In this document: one piece after another, positions 27,074-37,130 of the stretch
Position numbering within the stretch: position 1 is the stretch's first letter
How the letters are laid out: each line of letters begins with the position of its first letter
Translations under genes and position numbers: made by a program
Notes under the pieces: model-generated
The model's input: the letters and a program-made list of their open reading frames with translations, nothing else
The model's database searches: none
What the model was told of the DNA's origin: nothing
Source: a virus
Lineage: Duplodnaviria > Caudoviricetes
Length of the DNA stretch: 61,162 bases
Direction: 5' to 3' (one strand)
IMG/VR virus record: IMGVR_UViG_3300017648_000001
Coordinates: 1 to 61,162 of that record

Positions 27074-27940
27074 ATGACCAAGTACCAAAATCGAACAGAA
27101 GAGGCGCAATATTTTTCCGGAGTAGAAACGTACGCAGACGAAAATGGAGAACTTCGCGTGTCAGCGCCAGCACTAACGCATAAAGTCGTTAATATTAAGC
27201 AAGCGGAGGCATATAAAGCCGAAAAAACTAACGAAAAATGGCGCAATGGACGTAATCGAGACTTTACTGCGTCCAATATGCGAAATTTACACGAAGTATA
27301 TTCCGTACTAACTACGGCGCAATGCGGCTATCTCATGTTGCTTCAGTGTTACGTCGGATGGAAAGACGGTATTCTCGTTAATAGCGATGACTCTCCGATG
27401 TCCAAAAGCGATATGAAAACGGTCCTGCAGCTCGATAAAAAGCCGCGGACCTTTTACGACTTCTATAACGCTTGCGTAGCTAACGATATAATTAACGAAA
27501 ATAACGACGGTACTTATGCGGTAAATGAGCGTTATCACTTCCGAGGAGCCTTCGATGATCAATTCGTTATTAAATCGTATACGACAAAGGTTAAGCGTGT
27601 TTACCGCGAAGTCAAAGCGGCAGATATAGGCCTGATCTATCGTATGCTTCCGTATGTGCATATGGAAACGAACGCCCTGTGCGCCAACCCTTACGAACAG
27701 AACCCGAAGGCTATTTCGTGGTTTAATCGAAAAGAACTGGCAGAAGCGATCGGCGTTAATCCGGATACATTAGGGCGCAGATTACCAAAGATGACGTTTG
27801 ATGGCGAGTATGTTTGCGCCAGGATAAAAGTCGGAAGCGAGCCGGAGAGGTATACGTTCAATCCTAGCGTGGTGTATCGACAGAATAAGAAACCGGATGA
27901 TACGCTGCAGTCGATGTTTAACGTAAAAAAGCGAAAATAA
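27074..27940 (+). CDS. RepL-like double winged-helix DNA-binding protein
   Basis: Two wHTH-like units ending YAVNERYHFRG and YTFNPSVVYR. Confidence 0.55.
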   Translation: MTKYQNRTEEAQYFSGVETYADENGELRVSAPALTHKVVNIKQAEAYKAEKTNEKWRNGRNRDFTASNMRNLHEVYSVLTTAQCGYLMLLQCYVGWKDGILVNSDDSPMSKSDMKTVLQLDKKPRTFYDFYNACVANDIINENNDGTYAVNERYHFRGAFDDQFVIKSYTTKVKRVYREVKAADIGLIYRMLPYVHMETNALCANPYEQNPKAISWFNRKELAEAIGVNPDTLGRRLPKMTFDGEYVCARIKVGSEPERYTFNPSVVYRQNKKPDDTLQSMFNVKKRK

Positions 27941-27954
27941 CGTAGGACTTTCGT

Positions 27955-27984
27955 TTGACTTCCGTTAGATAATCGTTATATACT
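27955..27984 (+). promoter_or_regulatory. sigmaA promoter of the SinI-like gene
   Basis: TTGACT, 18 bp, TATACT. Confidence 0.55.
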
Positions 27985-28020
27985 TATTTTACCAAGACGA
28001 AATAATAACGGAGGTTAACG

Positions 28021-28140
28021 ATGTTAGACGAAGAGTGGGTAGCGTTAATAGTCGAAGCGTTGGCGATGGGGATTACGGAAGAAGAGATACAGGAATTTTT
28101 TGAAGGGTATGGCGAGAATAACGAAGAGGCGTCCGATTGA
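28021..28140 (+). CDS. SinI-like antirepressor (39 aa)
   Basis: MLDEEWVALIVEALAMGITEEEIQEFF matches the SinI/SinR dimerisation-helix pattern; GGAGG RBS; own promoter and terminator. Confidence 0.8.
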   Translation: MLDEEWVALIVEALAMGITEEEIQEFFEGYGENNEEASD

Positions 28141-28155
28141 TGGGCGTCTTTTTTT
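28126..28155 (+). terminator. Intrinsic terminator
   Basis: GAGGCGTCC/GGGCGTCTT stem plus T run. Confidence 0.75.
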
Positions 28156-28179
28156 GTAATTGAGAATCGACTGATAATG

Positions 28180-28230
28180 AGTACGACCTTATTCGCACAA
28201 ATACGCCAAAAGTACGACTTTATTCGCACA
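28180..28230 (+). repeat. 20-bp direct repeat AGTACGAC(C/T)TTATTCGCACA, two copies
   Basis: 28180-28199 and 28211-28230; 31-bp period. Confidence 0.8.
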
Positions 28231-28548
28231 CCTAAAAAGTGCCTTCCGCCTTAGAGCGCCAACGGATACAGCCGTTTCGGGTGCGGAATTATATCTTAAT
28301 CTTTGTAGTGATTGCGACTAGCGTCGCCGTGACGATTAAGGTAATAAGCAAAAACGCCGAAAAGTAATTAATAGATAGCGTTCAACTGAGGAACGAAGTT
28401 GGGCGCAATGTTTTTATAAGTAATTACGGTAACTATACGCCAATTTATAACGTTAGTTGTCTATACGTAATGTAAGGCGGAAGTAATCGGAACAATAGCG
28501 AAAAGGTGCGCTATGCACCGTTAATTATACGAAAGGAGGCCGTAAACA

Positions 28549-28941
28549 ATGGCGAAGAAACTAAGCGAAAAACAATACGCTGCTATCCATTATCTAGCGT
28601 TACCTAAACGCGGAGGATTAACGTATGAACAAGTCGCTAAGGAAGTCGGTATATCCGATAGACAGATGCGTGACTGGCGTAAGGATGACGATTTTAACGA
28701 AGAGCTGAAACGTCAGATTATGCGCAATACATTAGATCGTCTACCCGAAGTAATGGCGTCTATACCCGACCATATTATTAAAGACGGTAACGCAGCAATG
28801 TTTAGAACGTTATTACAATCGCATGGAATGTTAACGGAGAAGGTCGATGTTAATACGACGAATAACGGATCAACCGATGTAGATTCGATGAAAGCTGAGA
28901 TCGAACGTATGAGAAAAGCGAGACATGACGAAGAGAAGTAG
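28549..28941 (+). CDS. Terminase small subunit (HTH type)
   Basis: HTH YEQVAKEVGISDRQMRDWRK; upstream of TerL. Confidence 0.75.
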   Translation: MAKKLSEKQYAAIHYLALPKRGGLTYEQVAKEVGISDRQMRDWRKDDDFNEELKRQIMRNTLDRLPEVMASIPDHIIKDGNAAMFRTLLQSHGMLTEKVDVNTTNNGSTDVDSMKAEIERMRKARHDEEK

Positions 28942-29478
28942 CGTTGAAGGTCGGAAGTTCGGTGCGTTTATATAGAAGAAACTCGGTGAGGTAGCGATAA
29001 AGGGATTCCGTTAGGTTCCGTTTAGGTTACGATAGATGCCGCCATTTATCAGCCACGTGCCTCTGACGCGTGACCCTCCGAACACTTTCGGCAAGACAGA
29101 CGCTAGCTTTATGCATTAATTACGGGAAATAATCGTAAGCAATTACGTATACATGCCGTTATATCAACGATGCATAAAGCGATGTATATCGTTATTATTT
29201 ACGTAACGATTAAACCGCGTCATATAAACGTTTGTTATCGAGATTAATACGTCAAAACTATATTTTACGTAATAATGTGCGTATGTTTATGCGGGGATAT
29301 GCAACCGTAAGTAGGGGCGTCATAGGGGGCGGGGTAGTCTTTTCCGGATTCCCGTCGCCAAGCGGATTTAACTCGCGGATATCAAAAAATCACTTTGACT
29401 TTACGAAGCCTACCGAATGCCTAACGGTGGGCTTTTCGTAATTACATAACGATAACTCAACGAAAGGAGGACGACAAT

Positions 29479-31230
29479 TTGGCGTGGGTAGACGGACGTT
29501 GGATTAGCGCAGCCGAACGTAAGGAACTAATCGATGTTTATACCGAATATCTCGACGTTATTGACGCCAAATACGGCGCAGACTTACCGGCTGACATTAT
29601 CGGAGACTACTTCGAACGAGCAACCGAACTAGAACGCCTCAAACGGATACATCGTTGCGACGGAAATCTCCTCGAATTCTCTATCGAATACTTTTCGGAT
29701 GCTAGAAATCCGGAGAATGACGGTAACTGGGACGGATTTGACGTCACGAAAGTCGAAGAAGCGCCGACATTCCACCGTGAGATAACCGACATTATGAACG
29801 TAGTATCAACGGAGCAAGTCAACGCTAAGATCGCTGCTGCAGCGCCCAGATCTCACGCCAAGTCGACCTACCTTTCGAAGGCATTTCCGGTTCATGAGAT
29901 CGTTTATCGCAAACGTAAATATACGATTATCATTTCGGAGACGCCGGCCGTATCGAAGGCGAATATGGAGTGGATTCGTAATCAGTTGAAGTATAACCGT
30001 AAGCTGCGCGCTGACTTCGGACCATTACTATCGCCGAAAGATCAGTCGAATATAACCGATAACTCCGAAGCGTTCATCGCATGGCATCCTGACGGTGATT
30101 CGCGTAAACAAATCGCATTAGTCGAAGCCGCATCGACAGGGCAAGCCCTTCGCGGACGAAACTGGAACGGAACACGTCCGGACTTAATCGTTTGCGATGA
30201 CCTCGAAGACGCTAGGCCAGGCGGTAATGCGTCAACGCCAGAACAACGTCAGAAACTTCGAGATTGGTTCTCTCAGACGGTAATGCCGTTAGGAGATCCG
30301 AAAGGGTTACGGACTGCTTTCGTATATATGGGCACCACCGTCCATTTCGAAGCCTTACTAATACAAGTTCTATATAATCGGTCGGACTTTACGTCGAAAG
30401 TTTACCGAGCGATAATCGATCAGCCGGAGCGCCAAGACTTATGGGAGCGATGCCGGCTTATTTACGTTGATCGCGAAAATCCGAACCGTCTGGCGGACGC
30501 ACGAAAGTTCTACGAAGATAACGAAGCGGAAATGCTCCGTGGATCTCGCGTATTGTGGCCCGAAGTTCAGCCATTATGGAAGCTAATGACGTGGAAATGG
30601 GATAACGGAAGCAAAGCGTTCAATACCGAGTATATGAATAATCCGGTCGATGAAGAGTCGATGATATTTAATCCGGAGTCCTTCACGTACTATGAAGGCG
30701 AAGATTTCGATCAACAAACGTACACAATTACGATGGGTGTCGACTTCGCGCTAGGAAAAGAGCGCGGGGACTATTCGGCGCTTACTGTGGTCGCTAAGCA
30801 CAAGCAGACTGGCGCTATGTACGTTGTCGACTCGTATTTAGAACGAATAAAACCCGATAAATACATCGATATCATTGTCGATAAAGTTTTAAAGTGGCAA
30901 CCAGACGTTATCGCAGCGGAATCACAGGCGGCGCAAGAGTTCTTCGTTGATACGCTAATGAACCGATTATCGCTCGAAGGGTATCCGTCATTTACTCGCG
31001 TTAAGAAAATAACGCATCGTTCTCGTAAGGAATTGCGTATAGAGGCGATGTTACCAGAAATAGAAAACGGAACAATTCGATTCAATAAGAAACATTCGCT
31101 ACTACTTGAACAATTTGAACGGTACGGACAAGGCGCACATGATGACGGACCTGACTCGCTAGAAATGGCGGTATCAGCTTCGAAAAGTGGTCAAGTAACC
31201 GTACGTTCACTATCGAAACGCTCACGATAA
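29479..31230 (+). CDS. terL: Terminase large subunit
   Basis: APRSHAKST Walker A, LIVCDD Walker B, MGVDFA nuclease motif, HDDGPD. Confidence 0.95.
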   Translation: MAWVDGRWISAAERKELIDVYTEYLDVIDAKYGADLPADIIGDYFERATELERLKRIHRCDGNLLEFSIEYFSDARNPENDGNWDGFDVTKVEEAPTFHREITDIMNVVSTEQVNAKIAAAAPRSHAKSTYLSKAFPVHEIVYRKRKYTIIISETPAVSKANMEWIRNQLKYNRKLRADFGPLLSPKDQSNITDNSEAFIAWHPDGDSRKQIALVEAASTGQALRGRNWNGTRPDLIVCDDLEDARPGGNASTPEQRQKLRDWFSQTVMPLGDPKGLRTAFVYMGTTVHFEALLIQVLYNRSDFTSKVYRAIIDQPERQDLWERCRLIYVDRENPNRLADARKFYEDNEAEMLRGSRVLWPEVQPLWKLMTWKWDNGSKAFNTEYMNNPVDEESMIFNPESFTYYEGEDFDQQTYTITMGVDFALGKERGDYSALTVVAKHKQTGAMYVVDSYLERIKPDKYIDIIVDKVLKWQPDVIAAESQAAQEFFVDTLMNRLSLEGYPSFTRVKKITHRSRKELRIEAMLPEIENGTIRFNKKHSLLLEQFERYGQGAHDDGPDSLEMAVSASKSGQVTVRSLSKRSR

Positions 31231-31252
31231 AATCACGAAAGGAGGCGCTTAT

Positions 31253-32821
31253 ATGCCGTTTAACGTTTTAGTCGATTATAACTTAATGTCGGCGCCCGAT
31301 ATGGACGCGATGCTTTTCTCTCCGTATCATCAAGCGCTAGGACACGAAACATTCGCGCGGATTCAGCAACAACTACGAAACTACGAATATTACGACGGTA
31401 AGCAACACGTCGACCCTAAAACGGGGCAACTCGTTAAGGCTAGCGATCTTTCACGTCCGCCAGGGCTCGATTACGATCCGACTCGTTATGCGACGAACTA
31501 TTTTAAATCGTTTATCAAGCGTAAGGCACGTTGGCAAATGGGCGGTCAACACGGCCTATCAGTCGCGCCGAAACAGATCGATAGCATTATAGAGGCGGTA
31601 AAGCCCGATTATAAACCGTCGACAGCGCAAGAAGCCGAGAATAAACGCGCTGAGAATTACGAGCGCCTATTATATCGATTATGGCGCGAAAATAAGATGC
31701 GCGAGAAGTTATTGCAGGCGGCAAGAGATCGTTTAATCGCCGGTAGAGTCGGCTGTAAGATTATGTTTAATCCGAATACCGGTAAAATCAAATGGGTATT
31801 CCGTCCTGATACGGAAATCATTCCGATATACTCGGACGATGACTTCGAAGATTTAATCGCATGCCATTTCGTTACATTTAAAACGATTGAGGAAGTCGAA
31901 TATATTCAGAAGCAAACGTTCAGCCTCGAAAATGGCGTCTGTTACCTCGAAGAAGGCATCTACGATTTAGACTTGAAGCTTCATCGCACGATTACGCCTA
32001 AGCAGTCGATGGAGATCGATTTTATTCCGGTTGTACTATTCCCGGTTTCCGACCTTAGCGGAGAGGCTAGCGACAGTACGGAAATCGACGATATGAAAGA
32101 GCAAACGGACATTCTTAACAAGATGAACGAGGACGCAATTGATTCGCTTAAATTCGAAATGTTCTCGATGACTGCGTTCTTGAATGTACCGGAGGGAACT
32201 ATCGATAAGGTTCGAATTGAGCCAGGCGGAGCAGTCGAAGCGAAAGGCGCTATGGACGGAGCGCAGCCTGATATTAAGAAAATCGAAGGTGGATTCCGTT
32301 GGAAAGAAGCGTTTAAGGATCAATATTCGCGCGTAAAGGCTGCGTTACATGAGATTACGTCATTACCGAAAATAGTTCCGCAAGAACTTAACTTTGGTGG
32401 ACTTAACGCGGACGCATTACACGTTCTCTTCCAAGATATCATTCAAGAAACGGAAGAGCATTGGCTATCGTGGGGTCCACGCTTGGAGGAATTACACGAA
32501 AAAACGATTCGCTACTTACAAGCGCGTGCTGATCGTCCTACATTCGGTTACGACCGAGAAGTCGTGAAGGCTATCGGTACAGACTACGACAATGAAATTA
32601 AGTTCGTATTACCGTTACCGGATAACCGAAAGGAACTCGTGGAATTATTAACGCTTGAAATGGGCGCAGGACTAGAATCGCAAGCTGGCGCTATGAATCG
32701 ACTTGGCGTAGAAAATACGAACGCTAAGAAGCAGGAAATAGAAAACGAGCGAGTGTTGTTAAGACAGGCGCAAGACCCATATAACGAAAATACTACGACC
32801 GGAGACGATACGTCGCTATAA
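31253..32821 (+). CDS. Portal protein (SPP1 gp6-like)
   Basis: Position, size, YYDGKQH motif. Confidence 0.88.
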   Translation: MPFNVLVDYNLMSAPDMDAMLFSPYHQALGHETFARIQQQLRNYEYYDGKQHVDPKTGQLVKASDLSRPPGLDYDPTRYATNYFKSFIKRKARWQMGGQHGLSVAPKQIDSIIEAVKPDYKPSTAQEAENKRAENYERLLYRLWRENKMREKLLQAARDRLIAGRVGCKIMFNPNTGKIKWVFRPDTEIIPIYSDDDFEDLIACHFVTFKTIEEVEYIQKQTFSLENGVCYLEEGIYDLDLKLHRTITPKQSMEIDFIPVVLFPVSDLSGEASDSTEIDDMKEQTDILNKMNEDAIDSLKFEMFSMTAFLNVPEGTIDKVRIEPGGAVEAKGAMDGAQPDIKKIEGGFRWKEAFKDQYSRVKAALHEITSLPKIVPQELNFGGLNADALHVLFQDIIQETEEHWLSWGPRLEELHEKTIRYLQARADRPTFGYDREVVKAIGTDYDNEIKFVLPLPDNRKELVELLTLEMGAGLESQAGAMNRLGVENTNAKKQEIENERVLLRQAQDPYNENTTTGDDTSL

Positions 32822-32867
32822 ACTGACGTCAAATTCTCGTCCAAGTGACGTTAAGCGGAGGTATACT

Positions 32868-33440
32868 ATGAAACAATTAAAATTACTACCGTTAAATTTA
32901 CAATTCTTTGCTGAGGAAAACGAACAAGTCGACGAAAAGCCTGCGGAGGCGCAAAAAACCGATACCAACGAAGTCGACAATAAGATACCGTACGATCGCT
33001 TTAAGCAGAAAGTTGACGAAGCTAACGAACTTAAACGTAAGTTAGCGGAATTAGAGTCTGCGAAACAAGAAGCTGAACGTAAGAAACTTGAGGAGCAAAA
33101 CGAATTTAAATCTCTTTACGAACAAACGAAAGATGAGCTAGATAGAATCCGAAAAGAAGCGGAAACTACAAAACTCGAATCATTAAAAACTAATTTGCTC
33201 GTTAATGCCGGCTACACTGGCGAGCAATTAGAACGCGTACGCAAATATATTGTTGGCGCCGACGAGGATGCATTAAAAGCGTCACTCGAAGAATTAAAAC
33301 AAGATATACCGCCGAAGTCCGGAGGCGTTGACCCAAGCGTAGGAAATACGCCGAAGCAACAACCTCAATCGAAAGACTTAGCGGATGAAGGCCGTTCCAT
33401 TTATGAGCGTTTAAAAGCGGCGGGTAAAATTCGTCGTTAA
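32868..33440 (+). CDS. Capsid scaffolding protein
   Basis: LNLQFFAE leader; IPYDRF; coiled coil. Confidence 0.85.
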   Translation: MKQLKLLPLNLQFFAEENEQVDEKPAEAQKTDTNEVDNKIPYDRFKQKVDEANELKRKLAELESAKQEAERKKLEEQNEFKSLYEQTKDELDRIRKEAETTKLESLKTNLLVNAGYTGEQLERVRKYIVGADEDALKASLEELKQDIPPKSGGVDPSVGNTPKQQPQSKDLADEGRSIYERLKAAGKIRR

Positions 33441-33465
33441 TTTAATTTATTAGGAGGAAAACGAA

Positions 33466-33825
33466 ATGGCATACAATTTACAAACTTCTCAAACTGCTTT
33501 CAAGGGCGGTAAAAACATCCTTGCTTCTGAACACGTACAATTCGTTGAAGCTGGAGTAACTGTAAAAGGTGGCGAAGGAAGCCTCGAATGTGGTCAAGCG
33601 ATTGCTCGCGTAGCTGCAGACGGTAAATGGGTAAAATTCGTAGATCTTGACGTTGCTAACTACGATGATTTCGGAATTCTTAACGTAGACGTTGACGCAA
33701 CTACTTACGACGCTATCGTTGGCGAAGTTATCGTTCGCGGATCAGTTTATGACGCTAAGTTAATCGGAGCCACAGACGCATTTAAAGCAGAAGTTCCTAT
33801 GATTCGCTTTGTAAAACATATCTAA
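33466..33825 (+). CDS. Head decoration protein
   Basis: Size and position between scaffold and major capsid genes. Confidence 0.7.
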   Translation: MAYNLQTSQTAFKGGKNILASEHVQFVEAGVTVKGGEGSLECGQAIARVAADGKWVKFVDLDVANYDDFGILNVDVDATTYDAIVGEVIVRGSVYDAKLIGATDAFKAEVPMIRFVKHI

Positions 33826-33898
33826 TTCGGCGCTTTCGGATGAAGGCGTCTTTTTTATTGTCAAAAATTAAAAACGTTAATATAGGAGGAATATTACA

Positions 33899-34915
33899 AT
33901 GGCAGGAATTACACACTTAAAAGAATTTCAAAAACCGGCACTTCGCGGTCTAGTTGACGCATCCGTACAAGACGCAGTACCAACACTAGGGGATCGTTTC
34001 TTACCGAACGCTAACATCTATTCAAATACTTTTGCTTACGACATCATCAAAACGAATAAATACATCGGCGCTATGATCGGTTACGGTTCAGAGCCACCGG
34101 TTGTTGACCGTGACGCAGTTGCTAGCAAAATGGGCGAAATCGCTAAGATGGGTCTAAAATACATCGCTACCGAAGAAGAATTACTTGCGTTACACCAAGC
34201 GCGTAATGATGGCGAAAAGTCAGCGATGGTTGACAGATTAACGCTTAAAGGTGTCGACCTAGTTAACGCAATCAATCGTCGTATCGGCGTAATTAAAATG
34301 GAAGCACTAACGAAAGGTACATTCGCTTATAACAAAAACGGCGTTAAAGTTTCTGTAGACTTCGGTGTTCCTGCGGAGAATAAAGTCGCATTGACGTCTC
34401 CTAACGATTGGAGCGATGTTAACCGCGACGTAATCGCTGATTTATTGGGATGGGTAGCATCATACGAAACAACTAACGGTCAGTCTCCGTCTGTAATCTT
34501 AATGAGCCGTGAAGCACAAGCGAAATTACTCGTTAATCGTGTAATTGTAACTGAGGCGGGTCGTCCTGACGGATCTACTCGCGTAAGCCAAGCGGAACTA
34601 AACGAAGTTTTAGGCGGATTCGGATTACCGCCAATCCAAGTAGTTACTGACCGTAAAGTAACGGTAAAAGACATTTATTCTGGAAACGACGAAGTTATCG
34701 AATTCATGCCATCTAATCGTATCGTAATGCTAAGCGAAGGAATCGGTGAATTCTTACTTGGTCCGACTGTAGAGAACGACTTCCAACCTGGAATCGTATT
34801 AGAAGCGAAAGATAAAGACGAGCCAATCGAATCTATCTTACGTGCGGTTGCTGCCGGATTCCCAGCGTTAGAGAAACCGTCATTAATCTTCCACGCTGAC
34901 GTATTTACTGCTTAA
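33899..34915 (+). CDS. Major capsid protein (lambda E-like)
   Basis: 338 aa; VDFGVP motif; strong RBS; downstream terminator. Confidence 0.9.
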   Translation: MAGITHLKEFQKPALRGLVDASVQDAVPTLGDRFLPNANIYSNTFAYDIIKTNKYIGAMIGYGSEPPVVDRDAVASKMGEIAKMGLKYIATEEELLALHQARNDGEKSAMVDRLTLKGVDLVNAINRRIGVIKMEALTKGTFAYNKNGVKVSVDFGVPAENKVALTSPNDWSDVNRDVIADLLGWVASYETTNGQSPSVILMSREAQAKLLVNRVIVTEAGRPDGSTRVSQAELNEVLGGFGLPPIQVVTDRKVTVKDIYSGNDEVIEFMPSNRIVMLSEGIGEFLLGPTVENDFQPGIVLEAKDKDEPIESILRAVAAGFPALEKPSLIFHADVFTA

Positions 34916-34940
34916 GCTAGCGTAGGAGGCTAACTAAAAC

Positions 34941-34963
34941 GGGAGTCCTTCGGGGCTCCTTTT
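34941..34963 (+). terminator. Terminator after the major capsid gene
   Basis: GGGAGTCC-TTCG-GGGCTCC followed by TTTT. Confidence 0.8.
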
Positions 34964-35000
34964 AATTTACGTAAACTAGAGAACGGAGGTGTTCGCAACA

Positions 35001-35189
35001 TTGGCGAAGACTAAAATCGAAGTCCTTGACGCTGTTATCGACGGCCATGTTAAGGGCGAACAACTCGAAGTCGATGCGAAATCGGCGGAACATTTAATTA
35101 AAATCGGTTATGCGAAAGAGGTAGTCGTAACGAAGGCGGAAGTAAAGCCGGCTACTACGAAAACTCGCGCTAAAACTAAGACGGAATAG
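35001..35189 (+). CDS. Small head-associated protein
   Basis: Position after the capsid gene; RBS. Confidence 0.65.
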   Translation: MAKTKIEVLDAVIDGHVKGEQLEVDAKSAEHLIKIGYAKEVVVTKAEVKPATTKTRAKTKTE

Positions 35190-35200
35190 GAGGCGGTCAG

Positions 35201-35569
35201 ATGGCGACGATAACCGAATTGTCACAGCGTTTGTTAAAACGTTTCAAAGGCGTACCAAATATTACAATCGATGACGCTACGGACTGGACGGAAGAGGCGA
35301 TGCTTGAACACGGTTATACGTCGAGTCAAACCGTTCCTTCCGATAAAGAATCGTTAATCCTCTTATACGCTCAGACCGAAGGCGCACGCCAAATCTCGAT
35401 CTCCACGGCTCATTATTTCTCGTATTCTGATAGCGAAGAACAAGTCGATAAGTCGATGGTGTCGGAGCAGTATCGTAAACTTTCGTTGGACTTGAAGGCG
35501 GAGTATGACGGCAAGAAGTCGTCCGTTAGCGGATCTAAATTTCGCGGATTAATTAGGGGCGACCGATGA
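35201..35569 (+). CDS. Head-tail connector
   Basis: Position and size. Confidence 0.65.
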   Translation: MATITELSQRLLKRFKGVPNITIDDATDWTEEAMLEHGYTSSQTVPSDKESLILLYAQTEGARQISISTAHYFSYSDSEEQVDKSMVSEQYRKLSLDLKAEYDGKKSSVSGSKFRGLIRGDR

Positions 35570-36378
35570 GTACGCAAGAACAACTCGATAAACAACTCGC
35601 CAAGATAGCGACCGACTGCCGTAAACTCAACGCCAAGCAGCAGGCATTCGCAATCAAAGAAATCGGACGTGTACGCTTGGAAATCGTCGACTTACTCGCG
35701 GAGTACGCAGATAGCGAAGGCATAATCGCAAAGAGGCGCTTAAACTCGTTGCTGCGAGATTTAGAGGCGATAGAGCGAAGCGTACGTCAAACCGGAATGA
35801 TCGCGCTAGAATCGATAGTCTCGGAAACTTCGGCAACAACTACGGCAACGGTTAGCGGTGCAATGACGGAAATAGTAGGCGCGACAGCTTTAACCGGTGT
35901 AGCGTTTGACCGAATTGACGAGCGCGTATTGAAATACGTAATTAATCGATTTGGCGAAGATGGCCTAACGTTATCCGATCGCGTATGGAACTTGGCGGGG
36001 GATCAGAGAGACGCGCTTAGTCGGACGCTACGAAGCGGAATTATACGAGGCGACTCCGTTAATACAATGACGGCTGCGATTCGGAGAGTTTACGAGAATG
36101 AAACGTGGAAGATTAGACGGCTAGTCGTAACGGAAGGCGCTACGGCGCAGAGGGTTAGCGAGGCTTATTACGCGCAAGAGAGTCCGGTTGTAAAGGCGCT
36201 TAAACTACACCACGGACGCGCTAATCGTCCGGAACATAGATGTACGATACTTTCGCGTGAAGATAGATACGGATGGGGAAGTGGAGTGTTTAAACCGACT
36301 GACTCCGAAATTTTCAATCCACACGTAAATTGTACATCGTATTACACTTACGTATTAGTAGACGAGGAGGTACGGTAA
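35566..36378 (+). CDS. Minor head protein (SPP1 gp7/MuF-like)
   Basis: LSDRVW, RLVVTE and PHVNC motifs. Confidence 0.75.
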   Translation: MSTQEQLDKQLAKIATDCRKLNAKQQAFAIKEIGRVRLEIVDLLAEYADSEGIIAKRRLNSLLRDLEAIERSVRQTGMIALESIVSETSATTTATVSGAMTEIVGATALTGVAFDRIDERVLKYVINRFGEDGLTLSDRVWNLAGDQRDALSRTLRSGIIRGDSVNTMTAAIRRVYENETWKIRRLVVTEGATAQRVSEAYYAQESPVVKALKLHHGRANRPEHRCTILSREDRYGWGSGVFKPTDSEIFNPHVNCTSYYTYVLVDEEVR

Positions 36379-36758
36379 TGTTAACGGAAAACGACATCGC
36401 ATTTATTAAATCGAATCGGACGGAGATTACTCAAAACCGTACCGAATCAATCGAAATTATTCACGTAGCAGAAGGCGAAAAAGATCCGTATACTGGCGAA
36501 TCAACTACGACTGAAACGTCCGAAACAGTTAGCGTAGTTTGGAAGGAATATTCAACGGTTGCTAACGGTGATAGATCAATAGTTGCGGGTGTTGAGATAC
36601 GACAGGATGACGTTAAGGTTACGTTTGATAGTTCGGTAGATTTATCGGACGTTGAACGCGTTGTTCGTGGCGGTTTACCATTCGAGCTTATCGCAATCGA
36701 CGAAAAGGGAATCGGTGAGACTAACCGGTATGAGTGCGTTGCTAGGCGGGTGATTTAG
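36378..36758 (+). CDS. Head closure/adaptor protein
   Basis: DPYTGE motif; position. Confidence 0.65.
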   Translation: MLTENDIAFIKSNRTEITQNRTESIEIIHVAEGEKDPYTGESTTTETSETVSVVWKEYSTVANGDRSIVAGVEIRQDDVKVTFDSSVDLSDVERVVRGGLPFELIAIDEKGIGETNRYECVARRVI

Positions 36759-37115
36759 GTGGCGAACTTTAAAGTAAAGGCGACCGGAGTCGAAGCGGTA
36801 TTGCGTAAGTTAGGCGCTGAGGGAGCGAAGAGACTTGCGGATGACCTAGATATTATCGTCGAGAAACAAGCGTTATTGACCGTTAACGATGCGAAGGAAA
36901 ACGCGCCATATAAAGACGGGATGCTTAAGCGATCGATAAAACTTTACGGTAAGCCCGTTAGGCTCGAAAGAACAATCGGATCTAATGTGCCGTATGCACA
37001 ACGTCAGGAATACGAGCATGCTACGAATAAAGGTTATTTCCGTAAGGCGTTATGGAAGCGGAGAGAGCCGTTTAGAAAAGCGATTGAATCCGAAATCAAG
37101 AAATTAGACGGATAG
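36759..37115 (+). CDS. HK97 gp10-like tail completion protein
   Basis: APYKDGMLKRSI, YAQRQEY and YFRKA motifs. Confidence 0.8.
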   Translation: MANFKVKATGVEAVLRKLGAEGAKRLADDLDIIVEKQALLTVNDAKENAPYKDGMLKRSIKLYGKPVRLERTIGSNVPYAQRQEYEHATNKGYFRKALWKRREPFRKAIESEIKKLDG

Positions 37116-37130
37116 GCGGGAGGTGTACGA

